Positions 9,396-18,710 of a DNA stretch of 64,000 bases are shown one piece after another. Each line of letters opens with the position of its first letter. Position 1 is the first letter of the stretch. This stretch comes from Meiothermus sp. (lineage in GTDB: Bacteria > Deinococcota > Deinococci > Deinococcales > Thermaceae). Under the pieces are notes generated by a model. It was not told where the DNA came from. It worked only from the letters and a program-made list of their open reading frames with translations, and made no database searches. The stretch covers positions 16,625 to 80,624 of the forward strand of contig JANRLD010000094.1 in assembly GCA_033762915.1 (NCBI GenBank). Direction: 5' to 3'. The position numbers were made by a program, and so were the translations under genes.

Positions 9396-10286
9396 GTGAT
9401 GCTGGAGGTTCGCGTTCCCGCCACGCTGGCGAATCTGGGTTCGGGCTTCGACGCGCTCGGGGTGGCGCTGGGGCTGTACCTCGAGGTCTCTGCCAAGCCC
9501 GCCGCCACAGACGAGTTTCACTACTCGGGGCAGGGCAGCCTGCCCGACTCGCCGGACAACCTGATTCACCAGGGCTTCCGGGCGGCCTTCGCTGACCTGG
9601 GAGAGCCCGCTCCCGCGGTCGCCGTCACCGCCCGCAACCCCATCCCGCTGGCGCGAGGCATGGGCAGCAGCTCGGCGGCGCTGGTGGCAGGCGCGGCGCT
9701 GGCCGACGCAATGAGCGGGGGTAAGCTGGGGCGCGACGGGGTGTTTCGGGTGACGGCGCGGCTGGAGGGCCACCCCGACAACGTGGCCCCAGCGGTCTAC
9801 GGGGGCTTCGTGGCGGCCCTGGCCGACCCACCCCTGGCGCTGCCGCTCCCCGCGCCTGAGGGCCTGCGGTTCGTGCTGGGGGTTCCGGCCTATGAGGTGC
9901 CCACCCCGCTGGCCCGGGCCGCCCTGCCCCAAACCGTCCCCTACGGCGACGCGGTGTTTAACCTCAGCCGGGCCGCGCTGTGGCCCGCCGCGCTGTACTC
10001 CGGACGCTTCGAGGCGCTGCGCGAGGCGGCCCGCGACCGGCTGCACCAGGGCTACCGTGCCCACCTAATGCCCGGCCTCGAGGGGGCACTCGAGGCCGCC
10101 TACGCGGCAGGGGCGCTGGCGGCCTTCGTGGGCGGCGCGGGGCCGACCCTGGCAACCCTGGTGCACCCGCAGCGGGCAGACAGTGTGGGCACGGCCCTAC
10201 AAAGCTACATTGGTGGGGGCAGAGTATTGACGTTGGACCTGGGAGCGGGAGTCTCATGGAAGGAAGCCTCAGCACCATCGCACTGA
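9396..10286 (+). CDS. thrB: Homoserine kinase
   Basis: VPATLANLGSGFD, PLARGMGSS, EGHPDNVAP, GAGPT. Confidence 0.95.
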   Translation: MMLEVRVPATLANLGSGFDALGVALGLYLEVSAKPAATDEFHYSGQGSLPDSPDNLIHQGFRAAFADLGEPAPAVAVTARNPIPLARGMGSSSAALVAGAALADAMSGGKLGRDGVFRVTARLEGHPDNVAPAVYGGFVAALADPPLALPLPAPEGLRFVLGVPAYEVPTPLARAALPQTVPYGDAVFNLSRAALWPAALYSGRFEALREAARDRLHQGYRAHLMPGLEGALEAAYAAGALAAFVGGAGPTLATLVHPQRADSVGTALQSYIGGGRVLTLDLGAGVSWKEASAPSH

Positions 10287-11035
10287 CCGATGTCCTCGAG
10301 GTCGTCCACAGCAACCGGGGCACCGGGCTGCTGAGCCTGGGCGTACCGCAGGGCATCGGACGGCTGCCGCTGGAGTTGCGCTTCGTGGAGGGCGAGGTGG
10401 TGGGCGGGGCCATCCTGGACTGGGAGGGCCTCGAGGCGGTCTCGACCTTCCCCCTGCACGCCCGCAAAGGACAGTTCAGCTTCGGCCTGCAGCCGGTGGC
10501 GGGGGTGCCGCTGCTGCCCTTCAAGAACTTCATGGGCGAGTGGGCGCGGCTGGGCGAGCAGTGGAACCGTCTGCGCGCCCAGATCGATTCCCCCAGCCGC
10601 GTCCTCGACACCCCCAAGGCCAAGGAGCCTTACGGCGTGTTCATGGGCGGGCGCAGCATCCGGGGCGCGGCGAAAGCCTGGGGCGTCCCGCTGATCATCG
10701 CGATGGACCGTACCGTGCGCGGCCTCGAGGAGGAGGCCATCGCCAAACTGCGCAAGTACGCCTGGTATGGCCTGCGGGTGCGCCACCCGGCCTCCCGCCG
10801 CACCCAGTCCGACATCACCGACTCCTACCACCTGACCGCCGTCCTCGACGGCAGCCGCAACCTCGGCGAGCTGATCCAGTCCGGCATCTCCCTGCGGGTG
10901 ATGCGCGAGTACCTGGTGCAAGAGCTTTCCACCGGCGAACTCGAGGTGCCCGGCAAGGGCTGGCTGCTGCGCGACCTGCTGTGGGAGATGGAGGCCGAGG
11001 AGTCGGGGCTGGTGACAGGCGAAAAGAAGCCGTGA
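10256..11035 (+). CDS. DUF4388 (PATAN-like) domain protein
   Basis: MEGSLSTIALTDVLEVVHSNRGTGLL...FVEGEVV...GQFSF. Confidence 0.75.
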   Translation: MEGSLSTIALTDVLEVVHSNRGTGLLSLGVPQGIGRLPLELRFVEGEVVGGAILDWEGLEAVSTFPLHARKGQFSFGLQPVAGVPLLPFKNFMGEWARLGEQWNRLRAQIDSPSRVLDTPKAKEPYGVFMGGRSIRGAAKAWGVPLIIAMDRTVRGLEEEAIAKLRKYAWYGLRVRHPASRRTQSDITDSYHLTAVLDGSRNLGELIQSGISLRVMREYLVQELSTGELEVPGKGWLLRDLLWEMEAEESGLVTGEKKP

Positions 11036-11055
11036 GCGATGCGCGGTGGGCTTAA

Positions 11056-11251
11056 GTGTCTTCATGGCTGAAGTGCGAACTATCGCCCGCCAGCTCCCGC
11101 AGGGAATTGCGCCTCGGGTAGCCGCTCTGCGGCTATGGCGCACGCCACTCCGCCCTGGGTAGCCGCTCTGCGGCTATGGCGCACGCCACTCCGCCCCAGC
11201 ACGTATTTGCCGCTTCCGCCGATTCCGCACTTCTACCCTGGCGCAACTTAC
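11056..11251 (-). repeat. Dispersed structured repeat, copy 1 (internal 39-bp tandem unit)
   Basis: Highly similar to 18711-18897 and partly to 24090-24221. Confidence 0.8.
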
Positions 11252-11319
11252 TCCGCTTTAGCGCACGCATTACCGCACGCTTTAGCGCCGTACCTGGGCG
11301 GAGTAGTGGTGGGAGGCCT

Positions 11320-12404
11320 CTATGTCAATACTTCGCACAGAGCGCGGTAGACCGAACGACAGACTTGGCGTTTGGTGGCCCGCGTGGCCTGTCGGGCGGC
11401 CATCCCGGCCTGTCGCTTGCCGTCGCGGTAGGTTCGGGTGTCGGGGTCACGCTTGAGGCGATTCCAGGTGATGAGTTCAATGGTCCGGTTGAGGCGTCGG
11501 TTGCCTCCTGGATTAACCTTGACTCGCTGATTGTTGGCCGAGGAGTGATCCTTGGGGGCTTGGGGGCCACGCCGGCATAACTGGCGAAGGCGGCTTCGCT
11601 GCGGAAGCGCCGCATGTCCTGCGCCTCCCCGATCAACACAGCGGCACTCACCAGGCCGATCCCCGTAGCGTTCAGGAGGGCTCGGTAGGGTTCTAGCAGT
11701 TTCTCCAGCACCTTTTCAAGTTCCCGAATCTGCTGCTGTAAGGTGGTGTACACCGCCTCCAGGCTGGTCCTGACCTGCGGCAAGGCGTAGGGCTGGGCCG
11801 CCAGCGCCTCGATCTGCTGTCCGATGGCGACCCGTTGAGCCACTAAGCTCTCCCGACTACGCTCCAGGCTCTGGATTTGTAGGGCAGAGGTCGGTAGCCG
11901 CAGGGGGAAACGCTTCTCCCACACACTGGCTTCCAGCAGAACCGTCGCGGCCTGTCGAGCATCTTCAAAGTCGTTCTTGACCTTCTGACGACGCTTGCGC
12001 ATATGGGCAATCTCAGTGGCTGGGATGTCGTAGACCTGCTGCCCCTGAGACAACAGGTACCAACTCAGGCCCAGCCCGTAGCCTCTGGCGTTCTCCACTG
12101 CAAAGACCAACCCTGACCCCGACTCTGACTCCGACTCCAAATCTGACTCCGACCCCGACTCCGACTCCGACTCCAACTCTGACCCTGTTCCCAATCCGCA
12201 GCCGTGTTCCTTCAATCCCGACAGCAGTTGAGCATAGCCCGCCTGGGTATTGGGTAACTCGCCCTGAGTTTTGACCCCTCCGCCGAGTCCGCCGAGTCCT
12301 GTCCCGAGCAGCACGTAGCTAAAGCTCCGCTTGTGGGCATCCACCCCTACCACCCATTTGACCTCAGACCCTGCACTCAGCGGTAGTTGAGCTAGACTAT
12401 TCAT
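11320..12404 (-). pseudogene. IS110 DEDD recombinase, frameshifted by an 8-bp tandem duplication at 11551-11566
   Basis: VGVDAHK, AVEN, KNDFEDA (DEDD), GIGLVSAA, FASYAGVAP. Removing one CTTGGGGG restores ...APKDHSSANNQRVKVNPGGNRRLNR...KRQVCRSVYRALCEVLT*. Confidence 0.85.
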
Positions 12405-12415
12405 GGCTCCCCCTG

Positions 12416-12563
12416 TACCCGACTGCCCAGAACATTTCTGTGGCCAGCGCTTTGGCGCACGCTTCTATCGAGCTACTGGGGGAGTCGAGTCTGTTTGGCT
12501 AGGGCGGGAAGCAACTCCCACTCGGCAACTTAGGCTAAACGCGATCGAGCTATCCTGCCCTCC
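12416..12563 (-). ncRNA. Predicted IS110 bridge RNA (target-binding and donor-binding hairpin loops)
   Basis: Two stems (12501-12561 and 12418-12489), each loop starting UAGCUCGA; loop segments match the flanking target and the element ends. Confidence 0.75.
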
Positions 12564-12590
12564 TTCTACTCTAATCCCACAGAAACGCGA

Positions 12591-12709
12591 TCAGTTGCCG
12601 GTAACCGCCCAGGTGACGGCGGCCTGGAACAGCCAGCCCCCCACTAGGCGGTGTCAACCAGGGTGGAGCTGGTGTCCTGGAACATGAAGGCCACGCGGAG
12701 GGCGCGGGC
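12591..12709 (-). pseudogene. 3' relic of a sixth S8 paralog (C-terminus like that of 20384-22252)
   Basis: Reads ARALRVAFMFQDTSST..[frameshift/stop]..WLFQAAVTWAVTGN* versus APARRVAFFMRDNQASKLTPVGWNLFEAAVTWAVSGN*. Confidence 0.75.
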
Positions 12710-12718
12710 AAAACAGTA

Positions 12719-12740
12719 CCCCTCGAGCAAGCTCGAGGGG
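12719..12740. terminator. CTCGAG-based hairpin downstream of S8 gene 1 (copies at 14750-14771, 16684-16709, 20280-20307)
   Basis: CCCCTCGAGCAAGCTCGAGGGG, with short T-runs close downstream on the minus strand. Confidence 0.6.
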
Positions 12741-12758
12741 CACCTGCCCTACCGGGTT

Positions 12759-14531
12759 TTACGGGTTGCGCACCAGGCGCATATCGTCTACCAGAACCGT
12801 GCTGGTGCCGTGGCCGCGCCACAGCACCACGTTGAGATGGGTGGTGGTGGGGCCGGTGGTGATGGTGAGCGAGCGGCTGGTATAGGCGGTGGTGTCGCTC
12901 TTAACCGAGGTGGTGGTCCGCTCGAGCAACATCGAGGCGGCATCGGACTGGTCGAGGCTGAGGGAGGCGGCGTCGGCAAGGTTGGCGAAGCGAAACCAGG
13001 CCGTGACGGTGTAGCTGGTGTTGGGGCTGACCGGAATCCGGTGGCTCCAGGCCCCGCCCATCCCGACCGAGAGGGCTCCAGAGCCCGAGCGCTGCCCGCT
13101 GGTAGCGCGGGAGGCACTCTCGAAGCCCCACGACGCAGTGGTCTCGAGGCCGCCGTTGGGGAGCAGGTTGGTGGCCGAGGCTACCGCAGCGGGCTCGGCA
13201 AAGCCGGGCAGCGATCGCAGCAGGTTGGCGCTGTCCACCATCCCCAGGCCCAAGCTCAGCCACGCGCCGCCTCGAGCTTGGCTGGTGCGGTTCCACATGT
13301 CGTTGGTGAAGGCCGAGTCCACGGCCAGCTGCCACAAGTTGGCCCGGGCGGTGACGTTGGTGGTCTCGCCGAAGGCCAGGGCCAGGGCGCCCGAGACCAG
13401 TGGGGCGGCGAAGGAGGTGCCGGTGAACTGGGCGGTACGGCTGCCGGGGAATGCGCTCACCACCCCCTCCCCCACCCCGCCCAGCACGAAGTTGTTGCCG
13501 TAGGCCGAGAACAGCGACAGCTCGGAGCGGCGGTTGAAGCTGCCCACGCTGAAAAGGAAGGGGTGCACCTGCTCCCACCAGGCGTAGCGGGCGGGGTAGG
13601 TGAGGGCGTTCTCCTGGCCGTTGTTGCCCGCGCTGGCCACCACGTAGACCCCCCTGGCCTTGGCCGCCGAGAGGGCGGTCAGGAGGGCGTCGCTGGGGTC
13701 GGTGGCGCCGAGCGAGACGTTGATAACCCGGGCCCCGCTGTTGAGGGCGTGGTTGACCCCGGCGATCACGCGGTCCAGGGTGCCTACGCCGTTGGGGCCG
13801 AGGACCCGGATGGGCAGGATGGTGGCCCTGGGCGCCACCTGGAGGATCAGCCCGGCCACCCCGGTACCGTGCCCGAAGGCGTTGGGAGTGCCCGAGTTGA
13901 CCTCCTGGGGATTGTTGTCGCCGTCGACAAAGTCGCGCCACTCGGCGCTGGGGGCTAGGCGGCCCGCGAACATGGGGTGGGCGGTGTCGAGGCCAGTGTC
14001 GACAACCGCGACCTTGACCCCCGCCCCGAAGTTCCTGGCCAGGGCGTGGGCCTGCCGCAGTTGCATCATGGTCCAGACGGCGTTGTTCTCGGCCGGGGGC
14101 TGGGGAGGAGTGGTGCCGCCACTCCAAGCGTTCCAGCCACCGCTCCAGGCGTTCCACCCACTGCTCCAGGCGTTCCAGCCGCCACTCCAGGCGTTCCAGC
14201 CGCCGCTCCACCCGTTCCAACCCTGGGCGGTGGCCATCGGCACGTTGAGCGCGGAGTTGGCCTCGAGGGTGGTGTTTTGCATGGAGATGCCGCGGACTTG
14301 CAGCTGGGCCACCGCCTCGCCGGTCATCCTGAGGATGGCCTGGCCGTCTAGCCAGGCGATCACCTCGCCGCCATAGCGCTGGGTTACTGCTTCTTGGGTG
14401 TCGGCTGGCTCGAGCCGGACCGTCAGCAGGTAGTCGCTGCCGCCCGGCGAGCTGGCCGTGGGGGCGCTCCCGCAGGCCGCCAGGAGCGCGACCAGCACGA
14501 CCGCCACGCCATGTTTAAGTTTGAAAGTCAT
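12759..14531 (-). CDS. Lipoprotein S8 subtilase with 5x Trp heptad repeat and C-terminal CBM-like beta-sandwich
   Basis: LAAC lipobox; VAVVDTG, GHGTGVAG, SAGN, GTSFAAP; NLLPNGGLE C-terminal module. Confidence 0.9.
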   Translation of the reverse strand: MTFKLKHGVAVVLVALLAACGSAPTASSPGGSDYLLTVRLEPADTQEAVTQRYGGEVIAWLDGQAILRMTGEAVAQLQVRGISMQNTTLEANSALNVPMATAQGWNGWSGGWNAWSGGWNAWSSGWNAWSGGWNAWSGGTTPPQPPAENNAVWTMMQLRQAHALARNFGAGVKVAVVDTGLDTAHPMFAGRLAPSAEWRDFVDGDNNPQEVNSGTPNAFGHGTGVAGLILQVAPRATILPIRVLGPNGVGTLDRVIAGVNHALNSGARVINVSLGATDPSDALLTALSAAKARGVYVVASAGNNGQENALTYPARYAWWEQVHPFLFSVGSFNRRSELSLFSAYGNNFVLGGVGEGVVSAFPGSRTAQFTGTSFAAPLVSGALALAFGETTNVTARANLWQLAVDSAFTNDMWNRTSQARGGAWLSLGLGMVDSANLLRSLPGFAEPAAVASATNLLPNGGLETTASWGFESASRATSGQRSGSGALSVGMGGAWSHRIPVSPNTSYTVTAWFRFANLADAASLSLDQSDAASMLLERTTTSVKSDTTAYTSRSLTITTGPTTTHLNVVLWRGHGTSTVLVDDMRLVRNP

Positions 14532-14600
14532 AGATCTGCCTCCTCAAGACCTTTTGCCTGGTGAGCTTACACAGGCCGACCAACATGGGTTGAGCTACTT

Positions 14601-14627
14601 AACCGTTACAAACAAGGCGTGCGTTAC
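14601..14627 (-). promoter_or_regulatory. Conserved S8 upstream motif (minus strand GTAACGC-N11-GTAACGGTT); also at 16645-16671, 18516-18542, 20242-20268, 22310-22336
   Basis: Same two boxes with identical 20-bp start-to-start spacing upstream of all five S8 genes. Confidence 0.75.
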
Positions 14628-14784
14628 AGCGGGATTCAACCCATGGCCTGCGAACACCTCGGTGGAATCCACTCCCCGCCGTGTTTTCGGGGTGCGGTGT
14701 CGCGGCCAAACAATCTGCCAACCGCTGTAGGGATAGGGGCGCAGGAAAACCCCTCGAGCAAGCTCGAGGGGCCTCCTCTGGGGC

Positions 14785-16575
14785 TCAGTTGCGCACCAGG
14801 CGGACATCATCGATCAGGATAGCCCCTGACCCACCGGCCCGCTGGAAGTAGAGGGTGAGCGAGCTGGTGCTGGGGCCGGTGGTGAGGGTGACCGAGCGGC
14901 TGGAGTAGCTGGTGGTGAAGGGGTTGACGGTGGTCTCGGTCTTGCCCAGGAGGGTGTTGCTCGAGCTGCGCTCCTCGAGGCCGAAGAGGGCCGCGTCGCC
15001 GGCGGCGGTGGAGGGGAAGCGCAGCCAGGCCGTGACGGTATAACTGGTGTTGGGGCTGACCGCGACCGTGGTGCTGGCGATCCGCCCCGCCCCCAGCGAC
15101 CCCGCCGCCTTGCCCGAGCGCTGGCCCGAGGTGGTGCGGGCGGCCCCGCCGCTGTAGGTCCAGCCGCCGCTGGTGCTCTCGAAGCCGGGGTTGGCCGAGG
15201 CCAGGTTGGTGGCGGTGGAGGTGGGCTCGACAAAGGTGGGCAGCGAGCGCAGCAGGTTGGCCGCGTCCACCATGCCGTTGCCCGAGCCGAAGTAGGTGGT
15301 ACCGGCGGGCAGACGGCCGGAGGCGATGCTGCGGTTGAGGCTGTCGTTGGTGAAGAGGGTGCGGAGCAGGCGGTTCATGAGGTCGGCCCGAACCGTTGCG
15401 TCGGTGGTCTCGCTTAGGGTTAGCGCCAGTACCCCCGAAACCAGCGGGGTGGCGAAGGAGGTGCCAGTGTACTGGGCGATCTGGCCGCCGGGGTAGGCGC
15501 TGACCACCCCCTCGCCCACCGCCCCGACCATAAAGGTCGAGCCGTAGGCCGAGAACGGCGAGAGCTGCGAGCCGCGGCTGAAGCTGCCCACCCCCATCAC
15601 ATAGGGGTAAGCGCCTTCGGTGAGGCTGAAGATGGCCGGGAAGAGGATGCCCTCCTGCTGGCCATTGTTGCCCACCGCCGAGGGCACGTAAACCCCGTTC
15701 TGAACCGCGGCGCCCAGCGCGGCCACCAGGGCGTCGCTCCAGCCGCTGGCCCCCAGCGAGAGGTTGATGACCTTGGCCCCCCTGGCGATGGCGTGGTTGA
15801 TGGCGGCGATCACATTGTCCAGGCTGCCCGAGCCGTTGGGGCTGAGCACCCGGATGGGCAGGATGGTGGCCTTGGGGGCTACTTGCAAGATGATCCCCGC
15901 CACACCCGTACCGTGCCCAAAGGCACTGGGGGTGGTGCCGGCGTTAACCTCCTGGGGGGTGGTGTCCCCGTCAACGTAGTCCTTCCACTCGGTGCTGGGG
16001 GCCAGCCGCCCAACGAACATCGGGTGGTTGAGGTCGATCCCGGTGTCGATCACCGCAACCTTGATCCCCGAACCGTAGTTCTTGGCCAGGGCGTGGGCCT
16101 GGCGCAGTTGCATCATGGTCCAAATGGTGTTGTTCTCGGCAGGCAGCGCAGGCACTGTGCCGCCGCTGCTCCAGGCATTCCAGCCGCTGCTCCAGGCATT
16201 CCACCCACTGCTCCAGGCGTTCCAACCGCTGCTCCAGGCATTCCAGCCGCTGGCCCCCGTGCCCAGCGCGCTGGCCATGGGGGTGCTGAGGACGGAGTTG
16301 GTCTCGAGGGTGGTGTTCTGCATCGAGACCCCACGGGCCTGCATCTGCGCCACCGCCTCCCCCGACATCTTGAGCACGGCCCTCTCATCGGTCCACAGCA
16401 GCAGTTCGCCGCCGTAGCGCTGGGTCACTGCTTCTTGGGTGTCGCCGGCCTCGAGCCGGACGGTGAGCAGGTGGCCGCCGGCGCCCGGCGAGCCGGCGGT
16501 GGGCGCGCTCCCGCAGGCCGCCAGGAGCGCGACGAGGGAAAGGGCCAGGGCTTGTTTGAGACGTTGAAAGGGCAT
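14785..16575 (-). CDS. Lipoprotein S8 subtilase with 4x Trp heptad repeat and C-terminal CBM-like domain
   Basis: AAGGAGG RBS before MPFQRLK; LAAC; DTG/HGT/GTS triad; ANPGFES module. Confidence 0.9.
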   Translation of the reverse strand: MPFQRLKQALALSLVALLAACGSAPTAGSPGAGGHLLTVRLEAGDTQEAVTQRYGGELLLWTDERAVLKMSGEAVAQMQARGVSMQNTTLETNSVLSTPMASALGTGASGWNAWSSGWNAWSSGWNAWSSGWNAWSSGGTVPALPAENNTIWTMMQLRQAHALAKNYGSGIKVAVIDTGIDLNHPMFVGRLAPSTEWKDYVDGDTTPQEVNAGTTPSAFGHGTGVAGIILQVAPKATILPIRVLSPNGSGSLDNVIAAINHAIARGAKVINLSLGASGWSDALVAALGAAVQNGVYVPSAVGNNGQQEGILFPAIFSLTEGAYPYVMGVGSFSRGSQLSPFSAYGSTFMVGAVGEGVVSAYPGGQIAQYTGTSFATPLVSGVLALTLSETTDATVRADLMNRLLRTLFTNDSLNRSIASGRLPAGTTYFGSGNGMVDAANLLRSLPTFVEPTSTATNLASANPGFESTSGGWTYSGGAARTTSGQRSGKAAGSLGAGRIASTTVAVSPNTSYTVTAWLRFPSTAAGDAALFGLEERSSSNTLLGKTETTVNPFTTSYSSRSVTLTTGPSTSSLTLYFQRAGGSGAILIDDVRLVRN

Positions 16576-16723
16576 TGAAAGCCTCCTTGATAATTGCGCT
16601 ATGGCCCAGGATAAAAGGCGGGTGTGAATGTGTTTGAGACACACAACCGTTACCCCGCCACTTGGCGTTATGGATCAAAGAAAGGCCCCTCGAGCAAGCT
16701 CGAGGGGCCCGGTGTAAATCCAC

Positions 16724-18442
16724 TCAGTTCATCAACTGCAGCCGCCAGCGCTGGTTGTTGGCCCCGTTGCAGCCCCACTGCACTGCGCTGGCATCGACGG
16801 CCAGGGAGCCCCCGCTGATGCCGACGCATTTGTTGGAGTGGCGGGCCACCAGCTCGTACACACTGCCCACCGGGCGCAGCGTCCACTGCTGGTTGTTAGC
16901 GCCGACCCAGCCCCACTGCTGCACCCTACCGCCATCGGCGGTAGTGGAGGCGGATACCTCCAACACCTTAGCGCTGTTGTTGTTGACCAAGCTGTAGAAG
17001 CCGCCCGCAAAGTCCAGCCGCCAGCGCTGGCTGCTGTCGGAGTTGCAGGTTTCCTGCCGCACCACAGCGCCGTCGGATCTGGACGAGCTGGCCACGTCGA
17101 GGCAGAGGTTGCTGTTGTTGTTGACGATGCGGTACTGCGGCTGGGTCCAGCCGGGCAGCACCCGGATCAGCCGCTCCACGTCCAGCAGCCGTGCGCCCGT
17201 GATGCCGGGGTTGGGGGTGTTGGTGTTCATGCTGCCCCACAAGGCCTCGGCCACGGTATTGAAAGTAAGGCTGGGGGCTTCAGACATGGCCAGCGCAGCC
17301 GCACCACTGAACATCGGGGCGGCGAAGGAGGTGCCGGTCACGCGGGCGGTCTGGCTGCCGGGGTAGGCGGCAGCGATGGACTCCCCGGGGGCAATGCCGT
17401 AAATGTCGGTGGCACCGTTGTTGGTGGGGTCGAGCAGGGCGGTGAAGCTCGAGATCACGTTGTCCGAGCGCACGCTGCCGATGCCCACGGTTTTCATGTA
17501 GGTCTGGTCGTACCAGCTCAGATTGGCGGGGAACAGGGCGTTGGTGTTGTTGCCGGTGTTGCCGGTAGAGGCGTAGATGTACACGCCCCGGCTGTTGGCC
17601 CAGGCGGCGGTATCGAAGAGCGCATCCGACCAGGAGGTGCTGCCCAGCGAGACGTTGATGACCCTGGCCCCCATGTTCACCGCATGGGTGATGCCCGTGA
17701 GCACCACATCGAGGCTCCCCGCGCCGTCCTGGTTCAGCACCCGAATGGGGAGGATGGTGGCCTTGGGAGCGACCTGCAGGATGATGCTGGCCGCAGCCGT
17801 ACCGTGCCCGAAGCCCCTGTTGGAGGAAGTCCCCACCTCCTGGGGGTTGTTGTCGTTGCTCACGAAGTCGCGCCACTCGCTGCTGGGGGCCAGCCGACCG
17901 CTGAACATAGGGTGCGCGGTATCGATGCCGGTGTCCAGCACCGCCACCTTGACCCCCGCTCCGAAGCGGCGGCTGATGGCGTGGGCCTCGCGCAGCCGGA
18001 TCTGGTTCCAGGCGGTGTTATTCTCCGACGGCGGCGCACCCCCCACCCCACTGCTCCAGGCGTTCCAGCCCCCGCTCCACGCGTTCCAGCCGCTGCTCCA
18101 GGCGTTCCAGCCGCCCGACCATGCGTTCCAGCCCGCCGCCGTGACCGGGGCCGCCACTGGGGTGTTGGCCGCCAGGGTGGTGTTCTGCATCGAGATGCCC
18201 CGGGCCTGCAGCTGCGCCACGGCTTCGCTGCTCAACTTGAGGATGGCCTTATCGTCCAACCAGGCCACCATCTCGCCGCCGTACCTCTGAACGATGGACT
18301 CCTGGGTGTCACCTTCGCTGAGTTTGATGGTGAGCAGTTGGTCGCTGCCGCCTGGCGAGGTCGCCTGAAGCGGTGCACCGCAGGCCGCCAGCAGGGCGAC
18401 CAGCGATACCGCCAGGGTCAGTTTGAGCGTTTGAGCGATCAT
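16724..18442 (-). CDS. Lipoprotein S8 subtilase with 4x Trp heptad repeat and C-terminal ricin-B (QxW) lectin domain
   Basis: LAAC; triad motifs; three repeats of CLDV/VLEV/CVGI...QRW/QQW. Confidence 0.9.
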   Translation of the reverse strand: MIAQTLKLTLAVSLVALLAACGAPLQATSPGGSDQLLTIKLSEGDTQESIVQRYGGEMVAWLDDKAILKLSSEAVAQLQARGISMQNTTLAANTPVAAPVTAAGWNAWSGGWNAWSSGWNAWSGGWNAWSSGVGGAPPSENNTAWNQIRLREAHAISRRFGAGVKVAVLDTGIDTAHPMFSGRLAPSSEWRDFVSNDNNPQEVGTSSNRGFGHGTAAASIILQVAPKATILPIRVLNQDGAGSLDVVLTGITHAVNMGARVINVSLGSTSWSDALFDTAAWANSRGVYIYASTGNTGNNTNALFPANLSWYDQTYMKTVGIGSVRSDNVISSFTALLDPTNNGATDIYGIAPGESIAAAYPGSQTARVTGTSFAAPMFSGAAALAMSEAPSLTFNTVAEALWGSMNTNTPNPGITGARLLDVERLIRVLPGWTQPQYRIVNNNSNLCLDVASSSRSDGAVVRQETCNSDSSQRWRLDFAGGFYSLVNNNSAKVLEVSASTTADGGRVQQWGWVGANNQQWTLRPVGSVYELVARHSNKCVGISGGSLAVDASAVQWGCNGANNQRWRLQLMN

Positions 18443-18710
18443 GATCAGGGGCCTCCTAAGACTTTGCTTCGTCTGTTCAAATTACGTGACAGGAACAGCA
18501 TGGACTCACCAACACAACCGTTACTCGAGTCCCCCGCGTTACAGCAGTTTGCGGGCTGATTACCGCCGCACCACACAGCGAAAACGCGCTGTGAAGAACA
18601 GATTTCAGACCCCCAGGTTTTTGCAGAGTTGGGAGCGAAATCCGCTAAGGCCACGATGTGACCCCAAGCCCGGGCAGGGCCGCACCCGACCGGGCGCAGG
18701 AGACTTATGA

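Larger units (their letters stand above)
11313..12583 (-). mobile_element. IS110-family insertion sequence (bridge-RNA recombinase type)
   Basis: Transposase plus ~180-bp non-coding left end; no terminal inverted repeats; shared dinucleotide core (TC or CT on minus strand) at both junctions; homology to the paralogous S8 3' region resumes at 12583. Confidence 0.85.

Noticed and set aside
11116..11196. Possible CRISPR array (39-bp repeats)
   Set aside because: Only two directly adjacent units, no spacers and no cas genes; part of the dispersed repeat.
11325..11560. ORF-track C-terminus of the transposase (PPRITPRPT...)
   Set aside because: Out-of-frame product of the 8-bp duplication; the alternative frame has the conserved IS110 motifs.
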